A stretch of 64,000 nt of DNA from Erythrobacter sp. (GCF_035194505.1 NZ_CP136573.1:2894587-2958586); one strand, 5' to 3'; shown: positions 1-10,796, counted from the first letter of the stretch. A program made the numbers and translations. The notes: generated by a model from the letters alone, not told the origin.

Positions 1-314
1 TCGCGCTCTATGCCGCGCTGGTGGTGCGCGCGCTTTACCGCATGACGGGCGAGGACAATCTCTTCGCTCTGCTGGCGGGCGTCGGCCTGATCACCCAGTT
101 CGGCGGGCAGGCCTTCATCAACATCCTCGTCAACCTGAAGCTGTTCCCGTCCAAGGGGATGACGCTGCCGCTGATTTCCTATGGCGGTTCATCGACACTG
201 GCGGTGTGCTTCACGCTTGGGCTATTGCTCGCGATCACCCGGCGCAATCCCTTCCTCGTCAACGAGAGCGGGGGCCTGCGCGAGCTGATCGAACGCAAGG
301 ATTCGCCCGCATGA
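1..314 (+). CDS. ftsW: FtsW/SEDS peptidoglycan glycosyltransferase, C-terminal fragment (5' end outside window)
   Basis: The frame is open from the window edge to TGA 312-314. It carries the SEDS C-terminal signature KGMTLPLISYGGSS. It directly precedes murG with an ATGA stop/start overlap, the canonical dcw order. Confidence 0.85.
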   Translation, partial: ALYAALVVRALYRMTGEDNLFALLAGVGLITQFGGQAFINILVNLKLFPSKGMTLPLISYGGSSTLAVCFTLGLLLAITRRNPFLVNESGGLRELIERKDSPA

Positions 315-1534
315 CAAGCGAGACTCCGAAAGGCGCCACCCGCCATTACGTGCTGGCCGCAGGCGGCACCGGCGGCCACCTGATCCCGGCCTTTGCGCTG
401 GCGACAGAGCTGCACGCGCGCGGGCATCACGTGGCCCTCATCACCGACGAGCGCGGGGCATCGATCCCCGGCAAGCCCGATTTCCTCACCGCGCATGTCC
501 TGCCCGCAGGCCGGTTCGGCAAGAACCCGCTCGGCTGGCCCGCAGGCATCCGCGCGGTGCTGGAAGGGCGGCGCATGGCGCTGCGCCTGTTCGAGGCGTT
601 TGAACCCAGCGCGATTGTCGGCTTCGGCGGCTATCCGGCGCTGCCTGCGCTGCTCGCGGCCGTTTCGGCCAGGCTGCCGAGCGTGATCCATGAACAGAAC
701 GCCGTGCTGGGCCGGGTCAACCGCCTGCTCGCGGGCCGGGTCGATGCGATCGCGACCTCCTATGACAAGGTTGACCGGCTGAAGCCGCAATATGCATCCA
801 AGGTGCATCTCACCGGCAATCCGGTGCGCGCCGAGGTGCTGGCCCTGCGCGAACAGGATTTCCCCGCCTTCACCGAAGAGAGCCTGCTGCGCATTCTCGT
901 GACCGGCGGATCGCAGGGTGCGCGCGTCCTTTCGGAAGTGGTGCCCGATGGTCTCGCCATGCTGCCGCCCGCGCTGCGCCAGCGCTTGCAGGTGACCCAG
1001 CAGTGCCGCCCGGAAGATCTTGAGGCGGTGCGCGCGCGCTATGCCAATCACGACATTCCCGCCGAACTCGGCACCTATTTCGAGGACATGCACGAGCGGC
1101 TGGCCGACGCGCACCTGTTCATCGGCCGCGCGGGCGCATCGACCATTGCCGAGCTGACCGCGGTGGGCCGCCCCGCGATCCTTGTGCCGCTGCCGATTGC
1201 GACCGACGATCATCAGGCGGTCAACACCCGCGAGATGGTGAAGGCGGGCGGGGCACGGATGATCCGGCAGGAGGCGTTCCAGCCGAAGGAACTCGCCAAG
1301 CAGATACAGGCGATGGCAATGAACCCCTCCAGCCTCGCCAATGCCGCGCATTGCGCCTTCAACTGCGGCCGCCCCGATGCGGCCAAGGCGCTGGCGGATC
1401 TGGTGGAAGGCATGAGCGGGATCGATCTGATGGACGTCATCCGCGTCGGCGAGGCAGCCCCGCGCGCGGCGCAGGCAGCCGCACGCCCGCAAGCCGCCTC
1501 GCGCGAGGCCGCCAAGGATAGGGCAGACGCATGA
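311..1534 (+). CDS. murG: UDP-N-acetylglucosamine--N-acetylmuramyl-(pentapeptide) pyrophosphoryl-undecaprenol GlcNAc transferase
   Basis: MurG motifs [16 protein letters not shown] and VTGGSQGA. The internal ATG at 311 is preferred over the track start 206 because it overlaps the ftsW stop. Its own stop overlaps the murC ATG. Confidence 0.9.
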   Translation: MTSETPKGATRHYVLAAGGTGGHLIPAFALATELHARGHHVALITDERGASIPGKPDFLTAHVLPAGRFGKNPLGWPAGIRAVLEGRRMALRLFEAFEPSAIVGFGGYPALPALLAAVSARLPSVIHEQNAVLGRVNRLLAGRVDAIATSYDKVDRLKPQYASKVHLTGNPVRAEVLALREQDFPAFTEESLLRILVTGGSQGARVLSEVVPDGLAMLPPALRQRLQVTQQCRPEDLEAVRARYANHDIPAELGTYFEDMHERLADAHLFIGRAGASTIAELTAVGRPAILVPLPIATDDHQAVNTREMVKAGGARMIRQEAFQPKELAKQIQAMAMNPSSLANAAHCAFNCGRPDAAKALADLVEGMSGIDLMDVIRVGEAAPRAAQAAARPQAASREAAKDRADA

Positions 1535-2964
1535 AGGGCGTTGGCACTGATATCGGCACGATCCATTTCGTCGGCATCGGCGGGATCGGCATGTCCGGCA
1601 TTGCCGAGGTGATGCACAATCTCGGCTACAAGGTGCAGGGCTCGGACATTGCCGAGGGGCCGAGTGTCGAGCGTCTGCGCGCGCGCGGCATTACGGTCCA
1701 TGTCGGGCACCGCGCCGAGAACGTCGAAGGCGTGGCGGTGGTCGTCACCTCGACGGCCGTGCGCCGCTCCAACCCCGAAGTCGCCTCAGCCTTGGAAGCC
1801 CGCGTCCCCGTGGTGCGCCGGGCGGAAATGCTGGCAGAGCTGATGCGCCTCAAATCCACCGTCGCGGTGGCAGGCACCCACGGCAAGACCACCACCACCT
1901 CCATGATCGCCACCCTGCTCGATGCGGGCGGGATCGACCCGACGGTGATCAATGGCGGGATCATCGAACAATATGGCTCCAACGCGCGCCTTGGCGATAG
2001 CGACTGGATGGTGGTGGAGGCCGACGAGAGCGACGGCAGCTTCCTGCGCTTGGACGGCACCATCGCGGTCGTCACCAATATCGATCCCGAGCACCTGGAT
2101 CACTACGGCGATTTCGACGGCGTGAAGCGCGCCTTTGTGGAGTTCATCCACAACGTGCCCTTCTACGGCGCGGCGGTGCTGTGCGTCGATCATCCGGTGG
2201 TGCAGGCGGTGATCGGGCAGGTGCGCGATCGCAAGGTCGTCACCTACGGCTTCTCGCTTCAGGCCGATATCTGTGGGGTCAACATCCGCAGCGAAGACGG
2301 GGGCAACACCTTCGATGTGATCGTGCGCCAGCGCGGGCTGGAGGATCGCCGGATCGAGGGCGTGCACCTGCCCATGCCGGGCCGCCACAATGTCCAGAAC
2401 GCTCTTGCCGCAATTGCCGTGGCGATCGAGATGGGCTGTTCGGACGATGTGATCCGCACCGGCTTTGCCCGTTTCGGAGGGGTGCGGCGGCGCTTCACCC
2501 GGGTCGGCACGGTCGATCTGCCCGGCGGCAAGGCCACGGTGATTGACGATTACGCCCACCACCCGGTCGAAATCCGCGCTGTGCTCGCCGCCGCGCGCGA
2601 GGCTGTGGCGGGCTCCGGAGGGCGTGTGATCGCGGTCGCCCAGCCGCACCGCTATTCGCGCCTCGGCGATCTGATGGACGACTTCCAGTCCTGCTTCGAC
2701 GATGCCGACATCGCCTATGTCGCGCCGGTCTATGCGGCGGGCGAGGAGCCGATTCCCGGCGTCGACCACGCCGCGCTGGTCGCGGGCATGAAGGCGCGCG
2801 GGCATCGTGCCGCGCGCGAGATTGCCGGTGCCGATGCGCTCGCGGCGACCCTCGCTGACGAGATTGCCGCTGGCGATATCATCGTGTGCCTTGGCGCGGG
2901 CGATATCACGCGCTGGGCGGCGGGACTCGCAACGGCCATCGCCGATCAGCGGGGCGCGGCATGA
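1531..2964 (+). CDS. murC: UDP-N-acetylmuramate--L-alanine ligase
   Basis: 477-aa ORF with [16 protein letters not shown] (Rossmann) and the Mur ligase P-loop [12 protein letters not shown]. Sits in dcw context. Confidence 0.95.
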   Translation: MKGVGTDIGTIHFVGIGGIGMSGIAEVMHNLGYKVQGSDIAEGPSVERLRARGITVHVGHRAENVEGVAVVVTSTAVRRSNPEVASALEARVPVVRRAEMLAELMRLKSTVAVAGTHGKTTTTSMIATLLDAGGIDPTVINGGIIEQYGSNARLGDSDWMVVEADESDGSFLRLDGTIAVVTNIDPEHLDHYGDFDGVKRAFVEFIHNVPFYGAAVLCVDHPVVQAVIGQVRDRKVVTYGFSLQADICGVNIRSEDGGNTFDVIVRQRGLEDRRIEGVHLPMPGRHNVQNALAAIAVAIEMGCSDDVIRTGFARFGGVRRRFTRVGTVDLPGGKATVIDDYAHHPVEIRAVLAAAREAVAGSGGRVIAVAQPHRYSRLGDLMDDFQSCFDDADIAYVAPVYAAGEEPIPGVDHAALVAGMKARGHRAAREIAGADALAATLADEIAAGDIIVCLGAGDITRWAAGLATAIADQRGAA

Positions 2965-3926
2965 ACCAGCCCGGCGATACCTTCGATTACGATGACGGCT
3001 CGGCCCCAACCTGCGCGGTCGAAGGGGCGGTTTCCTCGCCCGTGCCGCTCGAAGGCATTCGCGGCAAGCTGACCTGCAAGGCTCCGCTTGCGCCCTATAC
3101 GTGGTTCAAGACCGGCGGCCCGGCCGACTGGCTGTTCGAACCGGCTGACATGGACGATTTGAAGACCTTCCTCGAACGGCTCGGCGGCGAGATTCCGGTG
3201 ATGGCGCTGGGGCTCGGCTCGAACATGATCGTGCGCGATGGCGGGGTTCCGGGCGTGGTGGTGCGGCTGGGCAAGGCCTTTGCGGGGGTCAAGCACACCG
3301 GCGAGCTGGAACTCACCTGCGGCGGCGGGGCGAGCGGCATTCTGGTTGCTTCGACCGCGCGCGATCTCGGGATTGCGGGATTGGAATTCCTGCGCGGCAT
3401 CCCCGGCACGGTCGGCGGGTTCGTGCGCATGAACGGCGGGGCCTACGGACGCGAGGTGGCCGATGTGCTGTTGGACTGCGCGGTGATCCTGCACGATGGC
3501 AGCTTCATCACGCTGAACGCGGCGGAACTTGAGTATTCCTATCGCCACTCGGCCTTGCCAGACGGGGCGATCGTGGTCTCGGCGCGGTTTCGCGGACGTC
3601 CCGGCGAGCCTGCCGCCATCGGCGCGGAGATGGACCGCATCGCCGCCGCGCGCGAGGCCAGCCAGCCGCTGCGCACCAAGACGGGCGGCTCCACCTTCAA
3701 GAACCCGGAAGGCCACAAGGCATGGCAGCTGGTCGATCAGGCTGGTTGCCGCGGCCTGACGCTGGGCGGCGCGCAGGTTTCGGAAAAGCACACCAACTTC
3801 CTCATCAACACCGGCACCGCCACCAGCGCCGATATCGAAGGGCTGGGCGAGTTGGTGCGCGACAAGGTCTACGCCGCGACCGGCGTAAGCCTCGAATGGG
3901 AAATCCAGCGGGTAGGACGGCCGTGA
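2961..3926 (+). CDS. murB: UDP-N-acetylenolpyruvoylglucosamine reductase
   Basis: FAD-binding MurB motifs [21 protein letters not shown] and GGSTFKNP. The ATG at 2961 overlaps the murC TGA (ATGA); the track ORF start at 2886 lies inside murC. Confidence 0.9.
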   Translation: MNQPGDTFDYDDGSAPTCAVEGAVSSPVPLEGIRGKLTCKAPLAPYTWFKTGGPADWLFEPADMDDLKTFLERLGGEIPVMALGLGSNMIVRDGGVPGVVVRLGKAFAGVKHTGELELTCGGGASGILVASTARDLGIAGLEFLRGIPGTVGGFVRMNGGAYGREVADVLLDCAVILHDGSFITLNAAELEYSYRHSALPDGAIVVSARFRGRPGEPAAIGAEMDRIAAAREASQPLRTKTGGSTFKNPEGHKAWQLVDQAGCRGLTLGGAQVSEKHTNFLINTGTATSADIEGLGELVRDKVYAATGVSLEWEIQRVGRP

Positions 3927-3944
3927 TGCACCACGCACCCACTT

Positions 3945-4034
3945 CCGTTCGCCCTGAGCTTGTCGAAGGGCCGTCCTTCTTTCTCGCCGCAGCAAAAGTG
4001 AAGTGCAGGGCTTCGACAAGCTCAGCCCGAACGG
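3945..4034. repeat. Palindromic REP/MITE-like element (termini CCGTTCG...CGAACGG)
   Basis: 27-nt arms at 3945-3971 (CCGTTCGCCCTGAGCTTGTCGAAGGGC) and 4008-4034 (GGGCTTCGACAAGCTCAGCCCGAACGG) are about 22/27 complementary. The element fills the murB-ddl gap. Related copies are at 16866-16949 and 22042-22109. Confidence 0.7.
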
Positions 4035-4040
4035 ATTTGA

Positions 4041-5036
4041 ATGATGTTTGACAAACCCCTCCATGTCGCAGTCCTGATGGGCGGCTGGGCGAATGAACGC
4101 CCCGTGTCGCTCACCAGCGGCGCGGGCGTGGCCGATGCGCTGGAGAGCAAGGGCCACCGCGTCACCCGCATCGACATGGGGCGCGATGTTGCCCTCAAGC
4201 TGCATGAGGCCAAGCCTGACGTCGTCTTCAACGCGCTCCACGGCGTTCCCGGCGAAGACGGGACGGTGCAGGGGATGCTCGATCTGATGGGCCTCGCCTA
4301 TACGCATTCTGGCCTCGCCACGTCCGTGATCGCGATCGACAAGCAGCTGACCAAGCAGGCGCTGGTGCCCCACGGCATCCCCATGCCCGGCGGGCGGATC
4401 GTGACCCGCGAGGAACTCTACGTGCGCGATCCCCTGCCGCGTCCCTATGTGCTGAAGCCGGTGAACGAAGGGTCCTCGGTCGGCGTCGCGATCGTCACCG
4501 CCGACAGCAACGTCGGCAATCCGATCAGCCCGGACGCGCGCGGGCCGTGGCAGGAATTTGCCGAGCTGCTCGCCGAGCCCTTCATCAAGGGCCGCGAATT
4601 GACCGCCGCCGTGCTCGACGGACCCGATGGTCCGCGCGCGCTCGGCGTCACCGAACTCGTCGTTGCCAACGGCTTCTACGATTACGAGAACAAGTACACC
4701 GCCGGGCGGACCGAGCACATCTTCCCCGCCAAGCTGCCGCCCGAAATCACCGCCTTGTGCGAGGCCTATGCCGTGAAGGCGCATCAGGTGCTCGGCTGCC
4801 ACGGCGCCAGCCGCACCGATTTCCGCTGGGATGACGAGGCGGGCGAGGATGGGCTGTTCGTGCTCGAAACCAACACCCAGCCGGGGATGACACCGCTCAG
4901 CCTGGTGCCCGAGCAGGCGGCGCATTGCGGCATCAGCTATGGCGATCTGGTCGAGATGCTGTGCGCCGAGGCCTTGCGGGTTCACGCATTGAAGTCAGCC
5001 AAGGGAGGCACGCATGGCGCAGCAGATCCGGCGTAA
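4041..5036 (+). CDS. ddl: D-alanine--D-alanine ligase
   Basis: 331-aa ORF with ATP-grasp Ddl motifs VAVLMGGWANERPVSLTSG, ALHGVPGEDGTVQG and NEGSSVGV. Sits in dcw context. Confidence 0.9.
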   Translation: MMFDKPLHVAVLMGGWANERPVSLTSGAGVADALESKGHRVTRIDMGRDVALKLHEAKPDVVFNALHGVPGEDGTVQGMLDLMGLAYTHSGLATSVIAIDKQLTKQALVPHGIPMPGGRIVTREELYVRDPLPRPYVLKPVNEGSSVGVAIVTADSNVGNPISPDARGPWQEFAELLAEPFIKGRELTAAVLDGPDGPRALGVTELVVANGFYDYENKYTAGRTEHIFPAKLPPEITALCEAYAVKAHQVLGCHGASRTDFRWDDEAGEDGLFVLETNTQPGMTPLSLVPEQAAHCGISYGDLVEMLCAEALRVHALKSAKGGTHGAADPA

Positions 5037-5937
5037 CGGCTCCACCGGCGTGCGCCGCGCCGCCAAGGCGCAGAGCCGCGCGGTCACCGCGCGCAAGGCC
5101 AAGGGCTCGGCAAGCGGCTTCATCGACTGGCTGATGGGCCTTCTGCCCTTCACCGAGGAACAGTGGAGCCGCATCTGGCTCGCCGTGATTATCGGCGGGA
5201 CGGTGGGTATCGCGCTGGTGATCGCCAGCCTTGCGGGCGTTCCTGCGCTGGCGCAGGCGCAGGTGGCGAAGATCGCCGCCGACGCGGGTTTCGAGGTCCG
5301 CCACGTGCGCGTCACCGGCACCAGCCGCATGGACGAACGGCTGGTCTATGCCCGCGTCCTCTCGCAGCGCACCCGCGCCATGCCGGACGTCGATGTCGCC
5401 GCCTTGCGCACCGAATTGAAGACCCTGCCGTGGGTCAAGGACGCGCGCGTCTCGCTCCAGCTGCCGCACACGCTGGCGATCGACATTGTCGAGCGCACGC
5501 CGCACGCCGTGCTGCAAAAGCCTGATCGGCTGATGCTGATCGATGCCACCGGAGAGGAACTGGAGCCGGTGAGCGCAGCCAAGGCCAAGGGGCTGCTGCT
5601 GCTGGCAGGCCCGGGCGCGGGCAAGCAGGCCCCGGCGCTCGAAGCCCTGCTCGCTTCCGCCCCTGCGCTTGGCCCCCAGGTGGAAAGCGCCGAATGGGTC
5701 GGCAACCGCCGCTGGAACATCACCTTCAAGACCGGCCAGCTGCTCGCCCTGCCCGAAGGCGAGATCGAAGCGGCGACCGCGCTGGTGAAATTCGCGCGGC
5801 TGGACGGGCAGAACCGCCTCTTGGGCGGCAAGGTGCTGGCCTTCGACATGCGCTCGCCCCCGCGGCTCTACATGCGCCTGCCCGATGACGCCGGACCTGC
5901 GCCGCAGGTGGCCGCCGCAACGGGAGGATCGCTCTGA
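5014..5937 (+). CDS. ftsQ: Cell division protein FtsQ
   Basis: 307-aa ORF with one N-terminal TM helix followed by a POTRA-like segment (FEVRHVRVTGTSRM). GGGAGG lies 6 nt upstream of ATG 5014. It is located between ddl and ftsA and overlaps the ddl 3' end by 23 nt. Confidence 0.8.
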   Translation: MAQQIRRNGSTGVRRAAKAQSRAVTARKAKGSASGFIDWLMGLLPFTEEQWSRIWLAVIIGGTVGIALVIASLAGVPALAQAQVAKIAADAGFEVRHVRVTGTSRMDERLVYARVLSQRTRAMPDVDVAALRTELKTLPWVKDARVSLQLPHTLAIDIVERTPHAVLQKPDRLMLIDATGEELEPVSAAKAKGLLLLAGPGAGKQAPALEALLASAPALGPQVESAEWVGNRRWNITFKTGQLLALPEGEIEAATALVKFARLDGQNRLLGGKVLAFDMRSPPRLYMRLPDDAGPAPQVAAATGGSL

Positions 5938-7256
5938 TGGCCAGCAAACCTGCCGCCCGCCGCCTTGCCCGCACCTTCGGCGCGGTCAATATCGGTAGCT
6001 TCCGCATCTCCACGATGATCATGGGCGAGACCGAGACCGGCGAATTGCAGGTGCTCGGCTCCGGCCACCGTGCCAGCGCGGGGGTGAAGCGCGGCTATGT
6101 CACCGACATGGAAGCCGCCGCCCACGCCATCCGTGACGCAGTCGAGCGCGCGGAAAAGAGCGCGGGCACCACGGTGCGATCGGTGTGGATCGCCTGCGCA
6201 GGTGCAGGCCTCGCCAGCAATGTCGTGGCGGTCGATATCGAGATCGGCGGACGCCGGATCGAGGACGAGGATATCGAGACGCTGCTGATCCAGGCGCAGG
6301 ACATGATCCAGCCCGATGGCCGCACCGTGCTCCACGCCCAGCCGGCGCATTACACGCTGGACGGCGCGCATGGCGTGGCCAATCCGCGCGGGCTTCATGC
6401 CGAGCGCTTGGGGGTCGATATCCATGTCATGCTGGCCGATGGCGCGCCGGTGCGCAATCTCACCGAGGCGGTGCAGAACGCGCACCTTTCGGTCGAAGGC
6501 GTGGTCGCCGCGCCGCTGGCTGCGGGCCATGCCTGCCTCACCATGGAAGAGCGCGAGTTGGGCGTGGCGCTGGTCGAGATCGGCGCGGACGTCACCAATG
6601 TCGCGGTGTTTGCGGGCGGGATGCTGCTCGGGCTGAAGGCGGTGCCGATGGGCTCGGCCGATATCACCGATGCCATCGCCAGCGGCTTCGGCATCCGCCG
6701 CTCGCAGGCCGAGCGGCTCAAGTGTGTGGCGGGCTCGGCGGTTGCCAGCCCGACCGATAACCGCGAACTGATCCCTGTGAACGGTCCCAATGACGGGCCC
6801 GAGGGCGTGGCCGCCGGGCCGCTGGCGCGCGGGGCGGATGACAAGAACCGGATCGTGCGGGCAGAGCTGGTCTCGGTGGTCACCCAGCAGCTTGCCACGC
6901 TCACCGGAGAGGTGGGCAAGGCGCTGAAGGAAATGGGCTTTTCGGGCGCGCGCGCAGGTCAGGTGGTGCTCACCGGCGGCGGCGCGGAACTGGCCGGGAT
7001 GGCCGACTTCATGCAGGGCGCGCTGGGACAACCCGTCAGGCTTGGGCGTCCGCCGCAGCTTCCCGGCATGCCCGAGGCGCATCATGCGCCCGGCTTTGCG
7101 ACGCTGGCCGGCCTGTGCCTCTATGCCGCCGAAGACCCGGTCGATATCCGCGCAGTAGGCAGCGGGCGCGGCGGCATCTATCGCGGCGCGGTGCGCAGCG
7201 GCGGGTTGATGGAAACCGCAATGCGGCTGGTGCGGGCACTGCGCGAGAACTTCTGA
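5937..7256 (+). CDS. ftsA: Cell division protein FtsA
   Basis: 439-aa actin-like ATPase (VNIGSFRIS, VVLTGGGAELAGM). Its ATG overlaps the ftsQ TGA. Confidence 0.9.
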   Translation: MASKPAARRLARTFGAVNIGSFRISTMIMGETETGELQVLGSGHRASAGVKRGYVTDMEAAAHAIRDAVERAEKSAGTTVRSVWIACAGAGLASNVVAVDIEIGGRRIEDEDIETLLIQAQDMIQPDGRTVLHAQPAHYTLDGAHGVANPRGLHAERLGVDIHVMLADGAPVRNLTEAVQNAHLSVEGVVAAPLAAGHACLTMEERELGVALVEIGADVTNVAVFAGGMLLGLKAVPMGSADITDAIASGFGIRRSQAERLKCVAGSAVASPTDNRELIPVNGPNDGPEGVAAGPLARGADDKNRIVRAELVSVVTQQLATLTGEVGKALKEMGFSGARAGQVVLTGGGAELAGMADFMQGALGQPVRLGRPPQLPGMPEAHHAPGFATLAGLCLYAAEDPVDIRAVGSGRGGIYRGAVRSGGLMETAMRLVRALRENF

Positions 7257-7282
7257 AGCCCGTTTGCCGCAGGGGCAGCCGC

Positions 7283-7291
7283 TGTGGATAA
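7283..7291 (-). promoter_or_regulatory. Consensus DnaA box (TTATCCACA) in the ftsA-ftsZ intergenic region
   Basis: The plus strand reads TGTGGATAA at 7283-7291, a perfect reverse complement of the 9-mer consensus, about 105 nt upstream of the ftsZ ATG. This is a single 9-mer, so a chance match cannot be excluded. Confidence 0.3.
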
Positions 7292-7395
7292 GGGGTTTGC
7301 CGCTATAAAATGTCACCGACGATTATGCCACAGAGGTGCTAAGACGGCGGGAATAGGGTGAAAAGGCCGTATATCCCGCTCTGGAGGACAGACAG

Positions 7396-9120
7396 ATGAG
7401 CATCAATATCGGACCCGCAGCCATCGATGACCTGCGTCCGCGCATCACCGTGATCGGGATCGGCGGAGCGGGCGGCAACGCGATTGCCAACATGATCGCG
7501 GCCGAGATCGAGGGTGTCGAGTTCATCGTCGCCAACACCGATGCGCAGGCGCTGGCCTCCAGTCCGGCGGAAAAGCGCATCCAGCTCGGCCCCGATATCA
7601 CCGGCGGTCTGGGCGCAGGCGCACGCCCTGAAGTGGGCAAGGCCGCGGCCGAGGAGACCGTGCTCGATGTCGAGCAGGCGCTGGCGGGCGTCAACATGTG
7701 CTTCATCGCGGCCGGCATGGGCGGCGGCACCGGAACGGGCGCCGCGCCCGTCATCGCCGAGGCTGCGCGCCGCATGGGCGTGCTCACCGTGGGCGTCGTC
7801 ACCAAGCCCTTCCTGTTCGAAGGCACGCGCCGTATGCGGGCTGCCGAAGCCGGGATCGAGGAGCTGCAGAAGCACGTCGATACCCTGATCGTCATTCCCA
7901 ACCAGAACCTGTTCCTGGTCGCCAAGGCGGAAACCACCTTCAAGGAAGCCTTCCAGCTGGCTGACGAAGTGCTCCAGCAGGGCGTGCGCTCGATCACCGA
8001 TCTGATGGTGATGCCGGGCCTCATCAACCTCGACTTTGCCGACGTGCGTTCGGTGATGAGCGAGATGGGCAAGGCGATGATGGGCACCGGCGAGGGCGAG
8101 GGCGAGAACCGCGCGCTTCAGGCTGCCGAACAGGCGATTGCCAACCCGCTGCTCGACGGGGTCAGCATGGCGGGCGCCAAGGGCGTGATCATCTCGATCA
8201 TCGGCGGCGAGGACATGCGCCTGCTCGAAGTCGATGAAGCCGCGAACCACATCCGCGAACTGGTGGACGAGGACGCGAACATCATCTGGGGCAGCGCCTT
8301 CAACCCCGATCTCAAGGGCAAGATCCGCGTCTCGGTGGTCGCCACCGGGATCGAGCAAAGTGCGATCGGCCATATCGAGCGGCCGCAGCCGGTCTCGCTC
8401 GGCCTGTCGCGCGCGCCCAAGCGTCCGGTGCTGGAACTGTCCGAGGACGAAGGCCTGGTCGAACTGCCGGCCGAGGAACCGCCCGCACCCGCGCCTGCGC
8501 CTGCGGCATTCGCAGCCGATTCCTACGAGGCGGCCGAGGAAGAGATCGCCGAGGAAGCCGGCTATATCGCCCCTGCCTATGACGCGGTTGAAGAGGCCGA
8601 GGAAGAGGACGAGGGTGAAGGCGATTTCAACATCGCGGCGCCGTTCGATCTCACCGGCATGCAGGCCGGCGATGACATGGGCGAGGAATACGAGGACGAT
8701 GTCGACGAGATCGTCGATCCGCTCGCGGGCCTGCGCAATGTCGGGCAGGATGAATACGGCGCTGACGAGGAAGACGGCGAGACGCTCGATCTGACCGGTG
8801 GCTACGCCCCCTATGACGAAGTCGAACAGGCTCCGGCTCCGGCTCCCTATCCTGCGCAGGACGATCTGCTCGCGAGTGCCGATCGCCTTGCTGCCGATGA
8901 TCAGCCCGTGACCGCGCGTCTTGGCGGGGCGCGTCGGCGTCCGCTGCTTGGCGGGGATGGCGGCGGTGCGGCGGGCGGCAGCACGCTGTTCGAGCGCATG
9001 GCCAACCTGTCGCGCAGCACCGGCCGCGCCGACGACGAGGACGAGGATGAGGACGAGGGCGACGGCAGCTCCGGCGGCTTCAGCATCCCGCGCTTCATCG
9101 ATCGCAACCGCAACCAGTAA
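7396..9120 (+). CDS. ftsZ: Cell division GTPase FtsZ (long acidic C-terminal linker)
   Basis: Tubulin signature [11 protein letters not shown] and N-terminal [16 protein letters not shown] lies upstream of ATG 7396. An acidic/Pro-Ala-rich linker of about 250 aa ends in the C-terminal peptide FSIPRFIDR. Confidence 0.97.
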   Translation: MSINIGPAAIDDLRPRITVIGIGGAGGNAIANMIAAEIEGVEFIVANTDAQALASSPAEKRIQLGPDITGGLGAGARPEVGKAAAEETVLDVEQALAGVNMCFIAAGMGGGTGTGAAPVIAEAARRMGVLTVGVVTKPFLFEGTRRMRAAEAGIEELQKHVDTLIVIPNQNLFLVAKAETTFKEAFQLADEVLQQGVRSITDLMVMPGLINLDFADVRSVMSEMGKAMMGTGEGEGENRALQAAEQAIANPLLDGVSMAGAKGVIISIIGGEDMRLLEVDEAANHIRELVDEDANIIWGSAFNPDLKGKIRVSVVATGIEQSAIGHIERPQPVSLGLSRAPKRPVLELSEDEGLVELPAEEPPAPAPAPAAFAADSYEAAEEEIAEEAGYIAPAYDAVEEAEEEDEGEGDFNIAAPFDLTGMQAGDDMGEEYEDDVDEIVDPLAGLRNVGQDEYGADEEDGETLDLTGGYAPYDEVEQAPAPAPYPAQDDLLASADRLAADDQPVTARLGGARRRPLLGGDGGGAAGGSTLFERMANLSRSTGRADDEDEDEDEGDGSSGGFSIPRFIDRNRNQ

Positions 9121-9233
9121 GCCGCCACTCACGCGCCGGGCGGCAGGTCCGTCCGGCGCGCATCCGGCGCTGTTCGCCGCGTGGCGGGACGCCCGCTCTG
9201 GCAAACCCGCCGTTTCGCGTTAGGTCAGCCCGC

Positions 9234-10796
9234 GTGACATCCCGTCTGTTCTCCCCATCGCTCATTGCGCTCGCCCCGGTGCTGGCCGCAGCCCTGCCGT
9301 CCCTGCCGCTTGCCGCGCAGGAGGTGGTCTCGCGCGAGGTGGTGCAGCCGCTCCCCAGCGAGGAAGTGCAGCGCCTCAACCGCTCGCTGGTCGCGCTCGC
9401 CAAGGCGCCCAAGGATATCGACGCGCTGGTCGAGGCCGGGAACGCGGCGATGGGGGTGGATGATCTCGAAGCGGCGGTCGGCTTTTTCGGGCGGGCTGCG
9501 GATATTGATGCCAACAACCCGCGGGTCGCGCTGGGGCTGGGCACGGTCTATCTGCGCTCGGGCCGACCGGGCGATGCCATCCCGCAGTTCGACCGCGCCC
9601 GCGCCGCCGGTGTGCCCGAGCGCGATGTGCTGACCGATCAGGCGCTGGCCTTCGATCTGGTGGGCGAGCAGGCCCCGGCGCAATCGGCCTATACCCGCGC
9701 GATCGAGCTTGATCCCGGCAATGACGAGGCGCGCCGCCGTCTCGCCGTGAGCCACGCGATCCTCGGCAACCGCGCGCGCTTTGAAGAGGTGCTGCGCCCG
9801 CTGCTCGACAAGCGCGACATGGCCGCCTTCCGCGCCCGGGCCTTCGGCCTTGCGATCCTTGGCGATCAGGAGCGCGCCACGGCGATTGTCGAACAGGTGA
9901 TGCCGCGCGATCTGTCGCAGCGGATCGTGCCTTACCTTGCCTATATGCCACGCCTCACCGCAGCCCAGCAGGCCGCGGCGGCGAACCTCGGGATCTTCCC
10001 GCGCGCGGCGGATATCGGGCGCGACGATCCGCGGTTGGCGCGCATGGCGAGCGAGGCGAAGGTCGACAGCCGGCTTGAGCCCGCAGGTGCGCCGCTGGGC
10101 AGGAGCGAGCCTGCGCCAACGCCTTCGCCCGCGCCGGCTCTCGCACCCGTCCGCGTCGCGGCGGCCCCTGCGCCGGCTCCCAAACCCGCTCCGGTCCCGA
10201 CACCCGGGCCCGCACCCGCAACCGCACCGGCGCCGCGACCGGCGGTTTCGACCTACACGCCGCCTCCGCCGCCTGCTCCGGCCCCGGCCCGTGTTGCGGC
10301 TCCCGTTCCCGCGCCCGCTCCGACTCCCGCTCCGGCTCCGGCGCGAACCGAGCGGGTGGCCGATGTCTTTGCCGATTTCGGCGATGATCCGCTGCCCGAT
10401 GCCAAGGTCAGCGGCGATGCGGTCGACCTGTCGCGAATCACGGTTCGGCGCGAGGCCCCGCCGCAGCCGGCAGCCGCAGCCAAGCCGGCCGAGAAGCCCA
10501 AGCCCAAGGAGCCGCCCAAGCCCGTCCACCCCAGCCGCGTCTGGGTGCAGGTGGCGACCGGCAGGAAGATCGACGCGCTCGCCTTCGACTGGAAGCGCAT
10601 CGGCCGCGAGGCCGGGGCAACCGCCAGCGCCTACAAGCCGCACACGGCGCGCTGGGGGCAGACCAACCGGCTCGTGATCGGCCCCGTCGCTAGCCGCGAC
10701 AAGGCCGAGGCGGTGGTGCGCGAGCTCAAGAAGAAGGGGCTCGACGCCTTCATGTGGCTGAGCGAAGAAGGTGAGGCGGTTCAACCGCTTAAATAG
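9234..10796 (+). CDS. TPR-repeat / SPOR-domain periplasmic protein
   Basis: GTG start. Signal peptide (LAAALPSLPLAAQ), N-terminal TPR-like repeats, a long Pro/Ala linker, and a C-terminal SPOR-like fold (VWVQVATGRKIDALAFDWKRI...AEAVVRELKKKGLDAF). Confidence 0.75.
   Translation: MTSRLFSPSLIALAPVLAAALPSLPLAAQEVVSREVVQPLPSEEVQRLNRSLVALAKAPKDIDALVEAGNAAMGVDDLEAAVGFFGRAADIDANNPRVALGLGTVYLRSGRPGDAIPQFDRARAAGVPERDVLTDQALAFDLVGEQAPAQSAYTRAIELDPGNDEARRRLAVSHAILGNRARFEEVLRPLLDKRDMAAFRARAFGLAILGDQERATAIVEQVMPRDLSQRIVPYLAYMPRLTAAQQAAAANLGIFPRAADIGRDDPRLARMASEAKVDSRLEPAGAPLGRSEPAPTPSPAPALAPVRVAAAPAPAPKPAPVPTPGPAPATAPAPRPAVSTYTPPPPPAPAPARVAAPVPAPAPTPAPAPARTERVADVFADFGDDPLPDAKVSGDAVDLSRITVRREAPPQPAAAAKPAEKPKPKEPPKPVHPSRVWVQVATGRKIDALAFDWKRIGREAGATASAYKPHTARWGQTNRLVIGPVASRDKAEAVVRELKKKGLDAFMWLSEEGEAVQPLK

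Noticed and set aside
2946-4985. Very long antisense or alternative-frame ORFs in the track. Examples: 179-1492(-), 1786-3009(-), 2946-4985(-), 7339-9204(-), 9225-10916(-), 14588-16633(-), 16855-19179(-), 29809-31548(-), 34621-37107(-), 44041-45933(-), 58146-60335(-).
   Set aside because: They lie opposite or out of frame to genes with unmistakable family motifs. Their translations are Arg/Ala/Gly/Pro-rich low-complexity strings. In a ~65% GC genome, stop codons are rare in non-coding frames, so these are artefacts rather than overlapping genes.
5014-5036. The 23-nt overlap of ddl and ftsQ as a possible frameshift or mis-assembly.
   Set aside because: Both reading frames are intact with family-typical termini, and ftsQ has a good GGGAGG RBS inside the ddl 3' end. 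Short overlaps are common in dcw operons.
8400-9120. The unusually long, highly acidic C-terminal half of FtsZ as a possible fusion or novelty.
   Set aside because: Long disordered acidic or Pro-rich linkers ending in a short conserved C-terminal peptide are typical of alphaproteobacterial FtsZ. Nothing suggests a separate domain or gene fusion.
10080-10340. Repetitive GC-rich DNA that looks like a tandem-repeat or CRISPR-like array.
   Set aside because: It is the irregular Pro/Ala-rich linker (APAPAPKPAPVPTPGPAP...) of the TPR/SPOR protein. There are no regular repeat-spacer units, and no CRISPR array exists anywhere in the window.
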